Positions 1 to 9,879 of a stretch of DNA of 23,205 nt are shown here, piece by piece (position 1 is the first letter of the stretch; every line of letters begins with the position of its first letter). The stretch covers positions 1,488,001 to 1,511,205 of the forward strand of contig CAUYUJ010000225.1 of assembly GCA_963575745.1 (NCBI GenBank). The letters are read 5' to 3'. Made by a program: the position numbers and the translations under genes. Origin of the DNA: Prorocentrum cordatum. Lineage: Eukaryota. Under the pieces are notes generated by a model, which was not told the DNA's origin, made no database searches, and saw nothing but the letters and a program-made list of their open reading frames with translations.

Positions 1-790
1 GAATAGCAAGTAGCGAGTAGCGACTTATGACAAGTGGCTTCTGAGTAGGGAGTAGTGGGTAGTGAGTAGTGCGTAGTGACTCTTGCGTAGTGAGTAGTGA
101 ATAGTGAGTAGTGCGTAGTGGGTAGTGAGTCGTGAGTAGTGAGTACTGAATAGTGAGTACTGAGTAGCGTAGCGACTTGTGACTAGTGACTAGCGGGTAG
201 CGGGTAGGGAGTAGGGAGTAGCGAGTAGTGAATAGTGAGCAGTGAGCAGCGGGTACTGTGTAGGGAGTAAGGAGTAACGAGTAGCGAGCAGCGGATAGTG
301 AGTAATGAGTTGTGGGCAGCGAGTAGTGAGTAGTGCCCTGTGAGTACTCAGTAGTGAGTAGTGGACAGTGGCTAGTGGGTAGTGAATAATGCTTACTGAA
401 GAATGAGTAGTGGGCAATGAGTCGTGATTAGTGAGTAGAATAAGGAGTTGTGAGTAGTGAGTAGTGAGTTGTGGGCCATGAGTAGTGAAGTGTGAGTAGT
501 GAGTAGTGAGTAGTGGATAGTGGCTAGTGGGTAGTGAGTGGTGGTTTGTGATTAGTGCAAAGTGGATAGTGACTAGTGTTTAGTGTTTAGTGAATAATGA
601 GTAGTGAGTATTGAGTAGTGGATAGTGAGTAGTGAGTAGTGAGTAAGGAGTAGTGAATGATGAGTAGTGGGTAGTGAGTAGTGGGTAGTGAGTAGTGAGT
701 CGTGAATAGTGAACCGTTAGTAGTGAGAAGTGAGTAGTGACTAGCGAGTAGTGAGTAGTGGGTAGTGGGTAATGCGTAATGAATAGTGAA
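1..790 (+). repeat. Degenerate 7-bp satellite (GAGTAGT)n
   Basis: Continuous AGTGAGT/AGTGGGT variants. Confidence 0.92.
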
Positions 791-797
791 TGCTGTT

Positions 798-875
798 TGG
801 GGCTAGGGTTAGGGTACGGGGTTAGGGTTGGGAGTCAGGGTAAGGGTGAGGATTAGCGTTAGGGGTGGTAGGGGT
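798..875 (+). repeat. Degenerate (TTAGGG)n-like telomere-type hexamers
   Basis: GGCTAGGGTTAGGGTACGGGGTTAGGGTTGGGAGTCAGGGTAAGGGTGAGGATTAGCGTTAGGG. Confidence 0.6.
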
Positions 876-1514
876 CGGGTTCCGGAGCCTGGGGGCGCCG
901 TGGCGAAAGGGGGGGAGGGGAGGGGGCTTCGAATTTGGCGGCCAAAGGGGGGGAGGGGGGGGGGTCGGAACCCCCCCCCCCTTTGAAAGGAGGGGAGGGG
1001 GGGGGGGGTCCCCGGACGGATCCCCCGACGACGGATCGGGAGGGGGGGGGGGGTCCCCGACGACGGATCTGGTAAAGAGGGGGGGGGGTCCCAACCCCCC
1101 CACCTTGGGGAGATCCAGCGGCGCACCCTCCTAATAATGATCAAGCACGGGATTCAGGAGATTTGGATGAGGATGGCGATCCTACGGATGTGGAGGGGTG
1201 AATGCCAACATGAAGATGACGAGGACATTGCCCGTAGACGTGGCGTTGGCAACCATGCTCAACGTAACCGTTTAGCAGGTGGCACCGAACGGCACCTTCA
1301 AGTTGTCGTAAGCAAAGGCTGCGACGTAGACCCGTCGGTCGGAAAAAGTGGGTAGAAACATGAAGTAGGAAGGCGTTGGAAGTATATTGGGTTTCCGCCC
1401 GCCCCCTGAAGAGGAGGGAAGAGGGAAAACCGCTCGACTATTGAAGCATGAAGGCGGCTAAAGTAGATTGGGATCTGGGGATATCCAAATATTTACTTCC
1501 AACGGCCAGCGCGT

Positions 1515-1516
1515 AC

Positions 1517-1547
<31 letters not shown>

Positions 1548-1548
1548 A
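1515..1548. repeat. (TA)n microsatellite
   Basis: Direct reading. Confidence 0.9.
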
Positions 1549-1649
1549 CTCGAACCATCGCGCGCGATTCGCGCGCTTAGGTTCTAGCCCAGGCCGGGGG
1601 GGGCGCTGGAAGATCTTGGACAGCGCTATCAAGCACAGGCGCGTGACAT

Positions 1650-4625
1650 AGTCGTGCCTCCTGAGGGCCTCTTGGGGACCTATCGGGTCTTCGTGGGGGC
1701 GTCTGAAGGGCTTTTGGGGGTATCTCCGTGCTTCCTCAATTGGCTGTTGGAGGCACCTCTTGGGTGCTTCTTGGGGGGGCGTCTTGGGGCTTCTTGGGGT
1801 CCCTTGGGGGCATCGTCGGGGTTCACCTGGCAATCGGAAAGTGATGTTCTGCAATCTGAAGCCGTCATTGGCCGTCTGGGCTGCGTGGAGGTCCGACTTG
1901 AGGCCGCCTGGGGCCACATTGAGGCAATCCGGAAGCCTCCCAGGGGCCTCCTGGAGACAGTTTTGATGCATCGAAGGCACTGTTAGGCTATCTTGGAGTC
2001 CCTTGTACGTGTCCTGGGGGCCTTTCTGGGCCTCTTGGGAGGCTTTGGGGGGCCTCGTCGGACCACTTGGGGACTCTTGGGGCCTCCTGTGGGCCTCTTA
2101 AGGTGGAAGGCTCTGCTGTTGGGTTCGCGTTCTCCCTCTTGGGCCCCTTTGGGGCCTTCTTGGTGCCCTCTCGGGCCGCCTTTGGCGCCTCAAGCACCGT
2201 CTTGGGGCCCTGGTGGGCCGTCTTGGGGTCCTGTTGTTAGGTCGGGCATGTCCTCCTACAGGCCGATTTTGGAAGAAACATGAAAAATAATCAACAAGTG
2301 TTCAAAAATAGTCAGAAGAGTACGAAAAATCGCCCCCATACCATTTCTCTGCCACTCCTGAGTATTCTTCCTGTAGAGGGACATGCCCGACTTAACCGTG
2401 TCGGAGGCCTCTTGGGCTATCTTGGAGCGGTCTTGGAGGCCTCTTGGGCCGTCTTGGAGCGTCGGGATGCCCAATGGCTGAAACCTCGAAAATCAATCAA
2501 AAACCGATGGCAAGATAATGGTTTTTGCCTCTTGGGGCCTTCGTGGGAGGCCTCTTGGAACCTCTTCGGCCCCCTGGGGAGCTTCTTGGGGCCTCTTGGG
2601 GGATTCTCGGGGCCTCCTGAGAGCATCTCGGGGTGGACGGCTCGGATTGTCGGTTCGTGTTACTCCTCTAGGCCCCCTCTTGGGGCCGTCGTGGGGCCCT
2701 TTCGGGCCGCCTTGGGCGCCTCTGGCGCCGTCTTGGGGCCCTCTTGAGCTGTCTTGTGGCCGTCTTCGAGGCCTCTGGGGCTGTCTTGGGGTGGACATTG
2801 GGGCATCTTGGCCGTCGTGGAGCGTCGGGAAACTGAAATGGCGGAACTCGAAAGTCCTTGAAACACCACGGAAGATTAATGATTTTGCCTCCTGGGGCTC
2901 CTTGAGAGGCATCTGGGAGGCCTCTTGAAGCGTCTTGGAGGCCTCTTGGATAGTCAGGGGCTAATTCTGGGGTAATCTCGGGCCGTCACTGGTCGTTTTC
3001 GCAGTGTGGAAGCGCCATTTCTGGCGATCCGGGACCATCTTCGGGCGATTTTGCAAAAAGCCCCCGTCGCCCCAGCCTGGCCGCCAGGGCCCCGGTCCTC
3101 CCATGCGCTGTGGGAATCTCCCGATCGAGTCGGTTCGAATCGGCACGCACAAATCGATTCGATTCGAGACGGAGGAGCCAGAAAGACCCCTGTCGTGGCC
3201 GTCTCGAAACCGTTTCGGGCCGTCTCGGAACGCTCTGGGGGCCTTCCAGGCGCTTCCTGGAGTCGTCCTGGGCCGTCTGGAATCTGGAGGCTCTTGGCCG
3301 AGGGCGGCTGTGAAGACTCTTGGGGGCCGTGGGCCGTGCCTCTTGGGACGGCGTCGAGGATCGTCAGGAGTGTCTCACGGCGTCTCGGGGGAGTTTTTGG
3401 GTGCCTCGTTGGGGCCTCCTGGGGCTTCCTGGGGAGCCTCCTGGGAACTTCTTGGGGCCTCTTGGGGGCTTTTTGGGGGCTGTTGGGGGCGTCTCGGGGG
3501 CCTCCGGGGGCGGAGAGCTCGAAATGTTGGCTGGTGTTCCCCCTCGGAGCTCTCTGGAGACGTTCTTGGGGCGTTCTTGGGCTGCCTTGGAGGCCTTTTG
3601 GGCTGTCTTGGGGGCCTCTTGGGTAATCTCGACGTTTTCGTGGGGGCCTGATGGGGCGATATTTGGGAGTCCGGGACCGTCTTGGAGCGCCGGGAAGCTG
3701 AACAGGCAGAAACGGGAAGGCCCATCAAAAATCTAAACAAATCAATAATTTTGGCTTTTTGGGGCCCTTTTGGGGGTCCTCTTGGAAGCCCCTTGGGCCG
3801 TGTTGGAAGCAGTGTGGGCCATCTGGAGGCCATTTTGGGGGCGTTATCTCGGTGACTGCAGCCCTCTTGGAAGCCTCTCGCGGCCCTTTTCATTTGTGAT
3901 GAGGCTGTCTTGGGCCGTCTGGGGGCGTCCCTGGGCCGTCTCGGCACCCTCGTTGGGGCCTGTCAGGGCGATATTTGGGTGTCCGGGACCGTCTTGGAGC
4001 GCTGGGAAACTGAACAGGTAGAAACGCTGAAATGCACCCAAACCACAGAGAAATCAAAGGTTTTGGCTTTTTGGGCCCTTGGAGGAATGCTGTTGGAGAC
4101 TCTGTGGGCCGTGTTGGAAATCTTGTGGGCCATCTGGAGGCCATCTTGGGCGTGTTCGAAAGATGTTTTCGCGTTTCGAGCCCTCCTGGAGGCCTCTCGC
4201 GGCCCTTTTCATGTGTTGGGGCTGTTTTGCGCCGTCTGGGGCGGCCCTGGGCTCGCGGCGCCCTCGTGGGAGCCTGTTTGGACGATAATTGGGTATCCCG
4301 GACCGTCTTGGAGCGCCGAGAAGGTGAACAAGCAGAAACGGGAAAGTCCATCAAAAACCTAAACAAATCAATGATTGTGGCTTCTTGGGGCCCTTTTGGG
4401 GGTCCTCTTGGAAGCCCCTTGGGCCGTGTTGGAAGCCTTGTGGGCCATCTGGAGGCCATCTTGGGGGCGTTAGAACGACATTTCGGTGACTGTACCCCTC
4501 CTGGAGGCCTCTCGCGGCCCTTTTCATCCGTGTTGGGGCTGTCTTGGACTGTCTGGGGGCGTCCCTGGCGGCCCGGTGCCCCTATGGAGATTCAGGGGCC
4601 CCCTCCTGGGCCCCTCCGCCTCGTG
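1650..4625 (+). repeat. Dispersed CTTGGGGC/GGCCTCTTGG-rich repeat family, including about three tandem ~313-bp units at ~3650-4560
   Basis: The motif CGATAWTTGGG...GGACCGTCTTGGAGCGC...GAACAG recurs at ~3657, ~3969 and ~4283. More diverged units lie at ~2450 and ~2810. Confidence 0.85.
2237..2395. mobile_element. MITE family A copy inserted in a dispersed repeat (non-intronic)
   Basis: TTAGGTCGGGCATGTCCTCCTACAGG ... CCTGTAGAGGGACATGCCCGACTTAA. Internal TCAAAAATAGTCA is shared with the 17365 copy. 8-bp flanks TCCTGTTG and CCGTGTCG match at 5 of 8 positions. Confidence 0.85.
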
Positions 4626-4634
4626 CCCAGGGGA

Positions 4635-4686
<52 letters not shown>

Positions 4687-4688
4687 AT
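4635..4688. repeat. (TA)n microsatellite
   Basis: Direct reading. Confidence 0.9.
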
Positions 4689-4773
4689 TCTCATACGCAC
4701 CTCTCCGAGGGAGTAGAGCTCAGAGGCGATTCTCATACGCACCTCTCCGAGGGAGTAGAGCTCATGGGCGATT
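4687..4773 (+). repeat. Two-copy ~43-bp tandem duplication
   Basis: ATTCTCATACGCACCTCTCCGAGGGAGTAGAGCTCA occurs twice in tandem. Confidence 0.9.
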
Positions 4774-5137
4774 CATGCGCACGCGTCCGCGATTTTTCTG
4801 GGCGTTTCGCTCGGGACATCCTCGAAATTCTGAACATCGGTGGCACCCCTCACGCAGATCGCGACGTCAGGGTCCAAAAACACATGGGAAATTCACAATT
4901 TTAACATAAAACCTTCAAAAACACATGGTAATTTCAATAATTGTGACCCCGATTCTCAGTGAATGGCGGTTTCGCTTGAATTATCCCGGCAAAGCAACCT
5001 AACAGCGATGTGTAGAAGCATATCTGGAAGCATTCCCCTTAAGATTCAAATGAAAATCCAGTTGTCGAATTCTGCTGTTCTCGCAGTCGTAGTCGCATTC
5101 GCGATGACAGTCGCAGCGGCAACGGCAGTCGCAGTCA

Positions 5138-5492
5138 CAGCCTCAGCCTCAGCCTGCCTCAGCCTCAGCCTCAGCCTGCCTCAGCCTCAGCCTGCCTCAG
5201 CCTCAGCCTCAGCCTGCTTCAGCCTCAGCCTCAGTCTGCCTTCAGCCTCGGCCTCAGCCTCAGCCTGCCTCAGCCTCAGCCTGCATCAGCCTCAGCCTCC
5301 CTCAGCCTCAGCCTCAGCCTCAGCATGCAGCCTCAGCTTCAGCCTCAGCCTCAGCCTCAGCCTCAGCCTGCAGCCTCAGCCTGCTGCCTCAGCCTCAGCC
5401 TCAGCCTCAGCCTCTGCCTTCAGCCTCGGCCTCAGCCTCAGCCTGCCTCAGCCTCAGCCTGCCTCAGGCCGCAGCATCAGCCTGCCTCAGCA
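5138..5492 (+). repeat. (CAGCCT)n hexamer microsatellite
   Basis: Direct reading; explains the poly-SA/SL/QP ORFs. Confidence 0.95.
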
Positions 5493-5493
5493 G

Positions 5494-5825
5494 CATTCAA
5501 AATGTGGCCCAGGAGTGGAGTTTTGGGAACTAGAAGAACACGAAGTGGCCTACAGTTGGCTCCGGGCATTCAAAATCATGCCCAGGAATGGAGTTCTGGG
5601 AACTTGAAGAGCACGAAGTGGCCTACAGTTGGCTCCGGGCATCCAAAATGTGGCCCGGGAATGGAGTTCTGGGAAATCGAAGAGCACGAAGTGGCCTACA
5701 GTTGGCTCCGGGCATCCAAAATGTGGCCCGGGAATGGAGTTCTGGGAAGTCGAAGAGCACGAAGTGGCCTACAGTTGGCTCCGGGCATCCAAAATGTGGC
5801 CCGGGAACGGAGTTCTGGGAGCACC
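5494..5825 (+). repeat. 73-bp minisatellite, about 4.5 copies
   Basis: CGAAGTGGCCTACAGTTGGCTCCGGG starts at 5541, 5614, 5687 and 5760. Confidence 0.93.
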
Positions 5826-6388
5826 AAGAGCGATTTTGCGAGGATGTCCCAAGCGATTTCGGCTTCGGCGGCAGCCTCCCCGGGTCCCGCCCAGACCCCC
5901 CTGAGGAGTCATGATGCTCTCTTTTGAAACCACTAGAAACCTATCAGCAAGAGCTGTTAGGTAAAATCATATGCACTAACTTAAAGCGGGCTCGTTACGT
6001 TAGGAGGAGGGATCAAGGAGAGGAGGCCGGCGAGGGGGGGGCCGTGCCCATCCGAGGGAACGGGGCAGCCCCCCCCGCCCCAAAAAATGCTTCGGCCTCT
6101 CAAGGCCCCAATCCCATTGGGGGGTCGAGATCCCCGCTCTGCAGTGGGATTCGCGGAACGGGGCGCCCCCCAGGTGCTTGTTATCTTCGCGCTGGCGCCG
6201 GCAGTGTGCACCTGAGGGAGCGCGGGTTGAAATGAGTGAGGGATCAGGAAGGATGTGGAGGGGCGTTCCGCTCTGAAGCGTCCTCACAATCTGGCAAAAC
6301 CGCAACCCCTCCCCGGGGGCGCCGCGCGTGCTGGACCAGGCACACGCGTCGCCCTAAGTCGGCGCGCACATATGAGAGGCCCATGTTT

Positions 6389-6508
6389 GTGCGTCTGTCC
6401 CCCAGGAAGGCCCGACATGGCGAGCAGAAGACCCGAATAATTCGCCCGGTGTGTCTGTCCCCCAGGAAGGCCCGACACGGCGAGCAGAAGGCCCGAATAA
6501 TTCGTCCG
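6389..6508 (+). repeat. 60-bp tandem duplication (2 copies)
   Basis: GTCTGTCCCCCAGGAAGGCCCGACAYGGCGAGCAGAAGRCCCGAATAATTCG is repeated at 60-bp spacing. Confidence 0.9.
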
Positions 6509-6799
6509 AGGGGCTCCCCAGAGGGGCTCCCCAGAAGGGCGCAGGGAGCCTTCCTCAGAGCCCTGGTGCGCACGACCTTGGCCGAAGGCCATCAGATATG
6601 CAAGTACAACAGTTCATGCAGGAATCTCTTGTGCATGTGCTGGTGCCACTGCTGCGAGCAGGCAGTGGAACGAGCGAGGAGGGGGTATCAACCTTGACCG
6701 CCCGCCCCCGCCCCCTTCCCTTGACCGCGCTCCGCGGCCGGGCGCAAGCGCGGCCGGTCGGGGCAGCCGGCCGGGGCAGCCGGCCGGGGCAGCCGGCCG

Positions 6800-7740
6800 C
6801 CCTCCCCTCCTGCTCGTCGTCCTCCTCCTCCTCCTCCTGCTCGTCCTCGTGCTCCTCCTGCTCGTCCTCTTTCTCCTGCTCCTCCTCCTCCTCCTCCTCC
6901 TCCTTTCTCCTGCTCCTCCTCCTCCTCCTCCTCCTCCTCCTCCTGCTCGTCCTCGTTCTCGTCCTCCTCGTCTTGCTCGTCCTCCTCCTCCTGGTGCTCT
7001 CTCCTCCTCCTCCTCCTCCTCCTCCTCCTCCTCCTCCTCCTCCTCCTCCTCCTCCTGGTGGTCCTCGTTCTCCTCCTCCTGGTGCTCTCCCCCCACCTCC
7101 TCCTCCTCGTCCTCCTCCTCCTCCTCCTCGTCCTCCTCCTCCTCTTCCTCCTCCTCCTCCTCCTCCTCCTCCTCCTCCTCCTGGTAGTCCTCCCCCTCCC
7201 CTCCTCCTCCTCCTCCTCCTCTTCCTGGTCGTCCTCGTTCTCGTCCTCCTCGTCTTGCTCGTCCTCCTCCTCCTGGTGTTCTCTCCTCCTCCTCCTCCTC
7301 CTCCTCCTCCTCCTCCTCCTCCTCCTCCTCCTCCTCCTGGTGGTCCTCGTTCTCCTCCTCATGGTGCTCTCCCCCCCCCTCCTCCTCCTCATCTCCTCCT
7401 CCTCCTCCTCCTCCTCCTCCTCCTCCTCCTCCTCCTCCTCCTCCTCCTTCCCCCCCTCCTCTTCTCTCCTCCTCCTCCTCCTCCTCCTCCTCCTCCTCCT
7501 CCTCCTCCTCCTCCTCCTCCTCCTCCTCCTCCTGGTAGTCCTCCCCCTCCCCTCCTCCTCCTCCCTCCTCCTCCTCCTCTTCTGGTCGTCCTCCTCCTCC
7601 TGGTCGTCCTCCTCCTCCTGCTCGTCCTCCTCCTCCTCCTGCTCGTCCTTCTTCTCCTGCTCCTCCTGCTCCTCGTCCTGCTCCTGCTCGTCCTCGTCCT
7701 CCTGGTCTTGCTCGTCCTCCTCCTCGTCGTGCTCTTGCCC
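6800..7740 (+). repeat. Long degenerate (CCT)n polypyrimidine tract with internal higher-order duplication
   Basis: Direct reading; the block at ~6945-7100 recurs at ~7228-7385. Confidence 0.95.
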
Positions 7741-7746
7741 CTGCTG

Positions 7747-8120
7747 AAAATGTGGCCCAGGAATGGGAGTTCTGGGAAGTCGAAGAGCACGAAGTTGCCT
7801 ACAGTTGGCTACGGGCATTCAAAATGTGGCCCGGGAATGGAGTTCTGGGAACTCGAAGAGCACGAAGTGGCCTAGAGTTGGCTCCGGGCATTCAAAATGT
7901 GGCCCGGGAATGGAGTTCTGGGAACTCGAAGAGCACGAAGTGGCCTACAGTTGGCTCCGGGGCATTCAAAAATGTGGCCCGGTGGCCTACAGTGGAGTGG
8001 CCCGGGAATCTGGGAAGTCGAAGACCACGAAGTGGCCTACAGTTGGCTCCGGGCATTCAAAATGTGGCCCGGGAATGGAGTTCTGGGAGGTCGAAGAGCA
8101 CGAAGTGTGTGACTGTTGGC
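7747..8120 (+). repeat. Second array of the 73-bp minisatellite, about 5 copies (one rearranged)
   Basis: Same unit as 5494-5825, followed by the same downstream segment (8153-8236 matches 5886-5967). Confidence 0.92.
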
Positions 8121-8616
8121 TTAAAACGACTTCTGCGGCACCCTGTCCGGCACCCGCCCAGACCCCCCTGTGGAGTCATCTGCTGCTCTCTTTTGACACC
8201 ACTAGAAACCTATCAGAACAAGCTGTTAGGTAAAAATCCTTCCAAAATCGAGCCCCAGACCCCGCCTCGGAGCCTCCTGGGGGCCTCCTGGAACCTCCTG
8301 GGGCCTCCTGGGCCTTCTGAACCTTCTGGCACCCCAGACCCCGCCTCGGAGCCTCCTGGGGGTGTCCTGAAACCTCCTGGGGCCTCCTGGGGCCTCCTGC
8401 GGCCTCCTGGAGCCTCTTGGGGCCTCCTGAAGCCTCCTGGGGTCTCCTGGGGCCTCCTGAGGCCGCCTGGGGCCTCCTGGGGCCTCCTGGGGCTTCAGAA
8501 CTACATGCACACAGAGACACAAATCACGCCCAACACATCACACGCTAGACAAACATAACACACACACACACACCCTACAACACACAAAAAGCACGCACCA
8601 CACGAAGCATACATCA

Positions 8617-8664
<48 letters not shown>

Positions 8665-8867
8665 ACACTCACAATCCTGGGGCCTCCTGGAGCCTCTTCT
8701 GGTATCCAAGTCGGGCCTCCTAAGGCTTCCTGGGGGCCCTGGTACACACATCGCAAGGTGTGGCAACCCCACTTGCGCTCGAGTGCGACTTCGATGTTGC
8801 ATTTCACTCCTGCTTCAAACGCCCCTTCAGTTTTTTGTATGAGCCTGGGCACACACGTGCCACTTGT

Positions 8868-8894
8868 ATATATATATATATACAGATATCTAAC

Positions 8895-8944
<50 letters not shown>
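8868..8944. repeat. (TA)n microsatellite
   Basis: Direct reading. Confidence 0.9.
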
Positions 8945-8945
<1 letters not shown>

Positions 8946-9679
8946 GCGCACGCGTCCGCGATTTGTCTGGCCGTTTCGCTCGGGACATCCTCGAAATTCT
9001 GAAAATCGGTGGCACCCCTCACGCAGATCGTGACGTCAGGGTCCAAAAACACATGGGAATTTCAACATTTAACATAACAACCTTCAAAAACACATGGTAA
9101 TTTCAATAATTTTGACCCCGATTCTCAGAGAATGGCGGTTTCGCCTGAGACATCCTCCCAAAATCGAGCCCCAGACCCCTCCTCGGAGCCTCCTGGGGGC
9201 CTCCTGGAACCTCCTGGGGCCTCCTGGGGCTTTCTGGACCTTCTGGTACCCCAGACCCCGCCTCGGAGCCTCCTGGAGTTCTCCTGGGCCTGCTGAGGCC
9301 GCCTGGGGCCTCCTGGGGCCTCCTGGGGCCTCCTCTTCAGAACTACATGCACACACAGAGACACAAATCACGCCCAACACATCACACGCTAGACAAACAT
9401 AACATACACACACACACAACACCGACAACACACAAAAAGCACGCACCACACAAAGCACACATCACACACACACAACACTCACAATCCTGGGGCCTCCTGG
9501 AGCCTCTTCTGGTATCCAAGTCGGGCCTCCTGAGGCTTCCTGGGGGGCCCTGGTACACACATCGCAAGGTGTGGCAACCCCACTTGCGCTCGAGTGCGAC
9601 TTCGCTGTTGCATGTCACTCCTGCTTCAAACGCCCCTTCAGCTTGTTGTATGAGCCTGGGCACACACGTGCCACTTGTA
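8944..9679 (+). mobile_element. Short, internally deleted copy of family C
   Basis: Same head (ATGCGCACGCGTCCGCGATTT...) is joined almost directly to the same tail (...GAGCCTGGGCACACACGTGCCACTTGTATATA). Confidence 0.65.
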
Positions 9680-9879
9680 TATATGTGTGTATACGCACAA
9701 GATTGTACCAGCTCGCTGCGCTTCGCCTTTAAAATCTTGGTCGCACGGCGCCAGGGAGGCGCGATGAGATCGGTTGTCGTCACAGCCGCGGTGTGTTCTG
9801 GCCATGGAGACTATGGAGCAAACAGGGCTGATAAGACCCAGGGAATATTGCGGCTCGAAGAGCTCAGAAGGGGTCTCTG

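Larger units (their letters stand above)
4775..8868 (+). mobile_element. Long copy of a (TA)n-associated non-coding composite element (family C)
   Basis: Head 4775-4975 is near-identical to 8944-9144. Tail 8243-8868 matches 9158-9679. Bounded by (TA)n tracts at ~4635-4688 and ~8868-8944. Confidence 0.6.

Noticed and set aside
3120..3168. Small imperfect palindrome (TCGAGTCGGTTCGAAT...ATCGATTCGATTCGA)
   Set aside because: Too short and degenerate, with no TSD or second copy in the window.
1438..4909. Overlapping 70-290-aa ORFs on both strands
   Set aside because: Low-complexity GC-rich repeat family with no recognisable domain.
5494..5825. 73-bp array (and the 7747-8120 array) as a CRISPR array
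   Set aside because: Whole units repeat with no unique spacers, there are no cas genes, and the context is eukaryotic.
4963..5927. 214-aa ORF with a signal-peptide-like hydrophobic start
   Set aside because: The hydrophobic part comes from degenerate GCAGTC hexamers running into (CAGCCT)n and the 73-mer array.
6451..7875. 474-aa and 376-aa ORFs rich in Pro/Leu or Glu/Arg
   Set aside because: Translations of a (CCT)n tract that is open in most frames on both strands.
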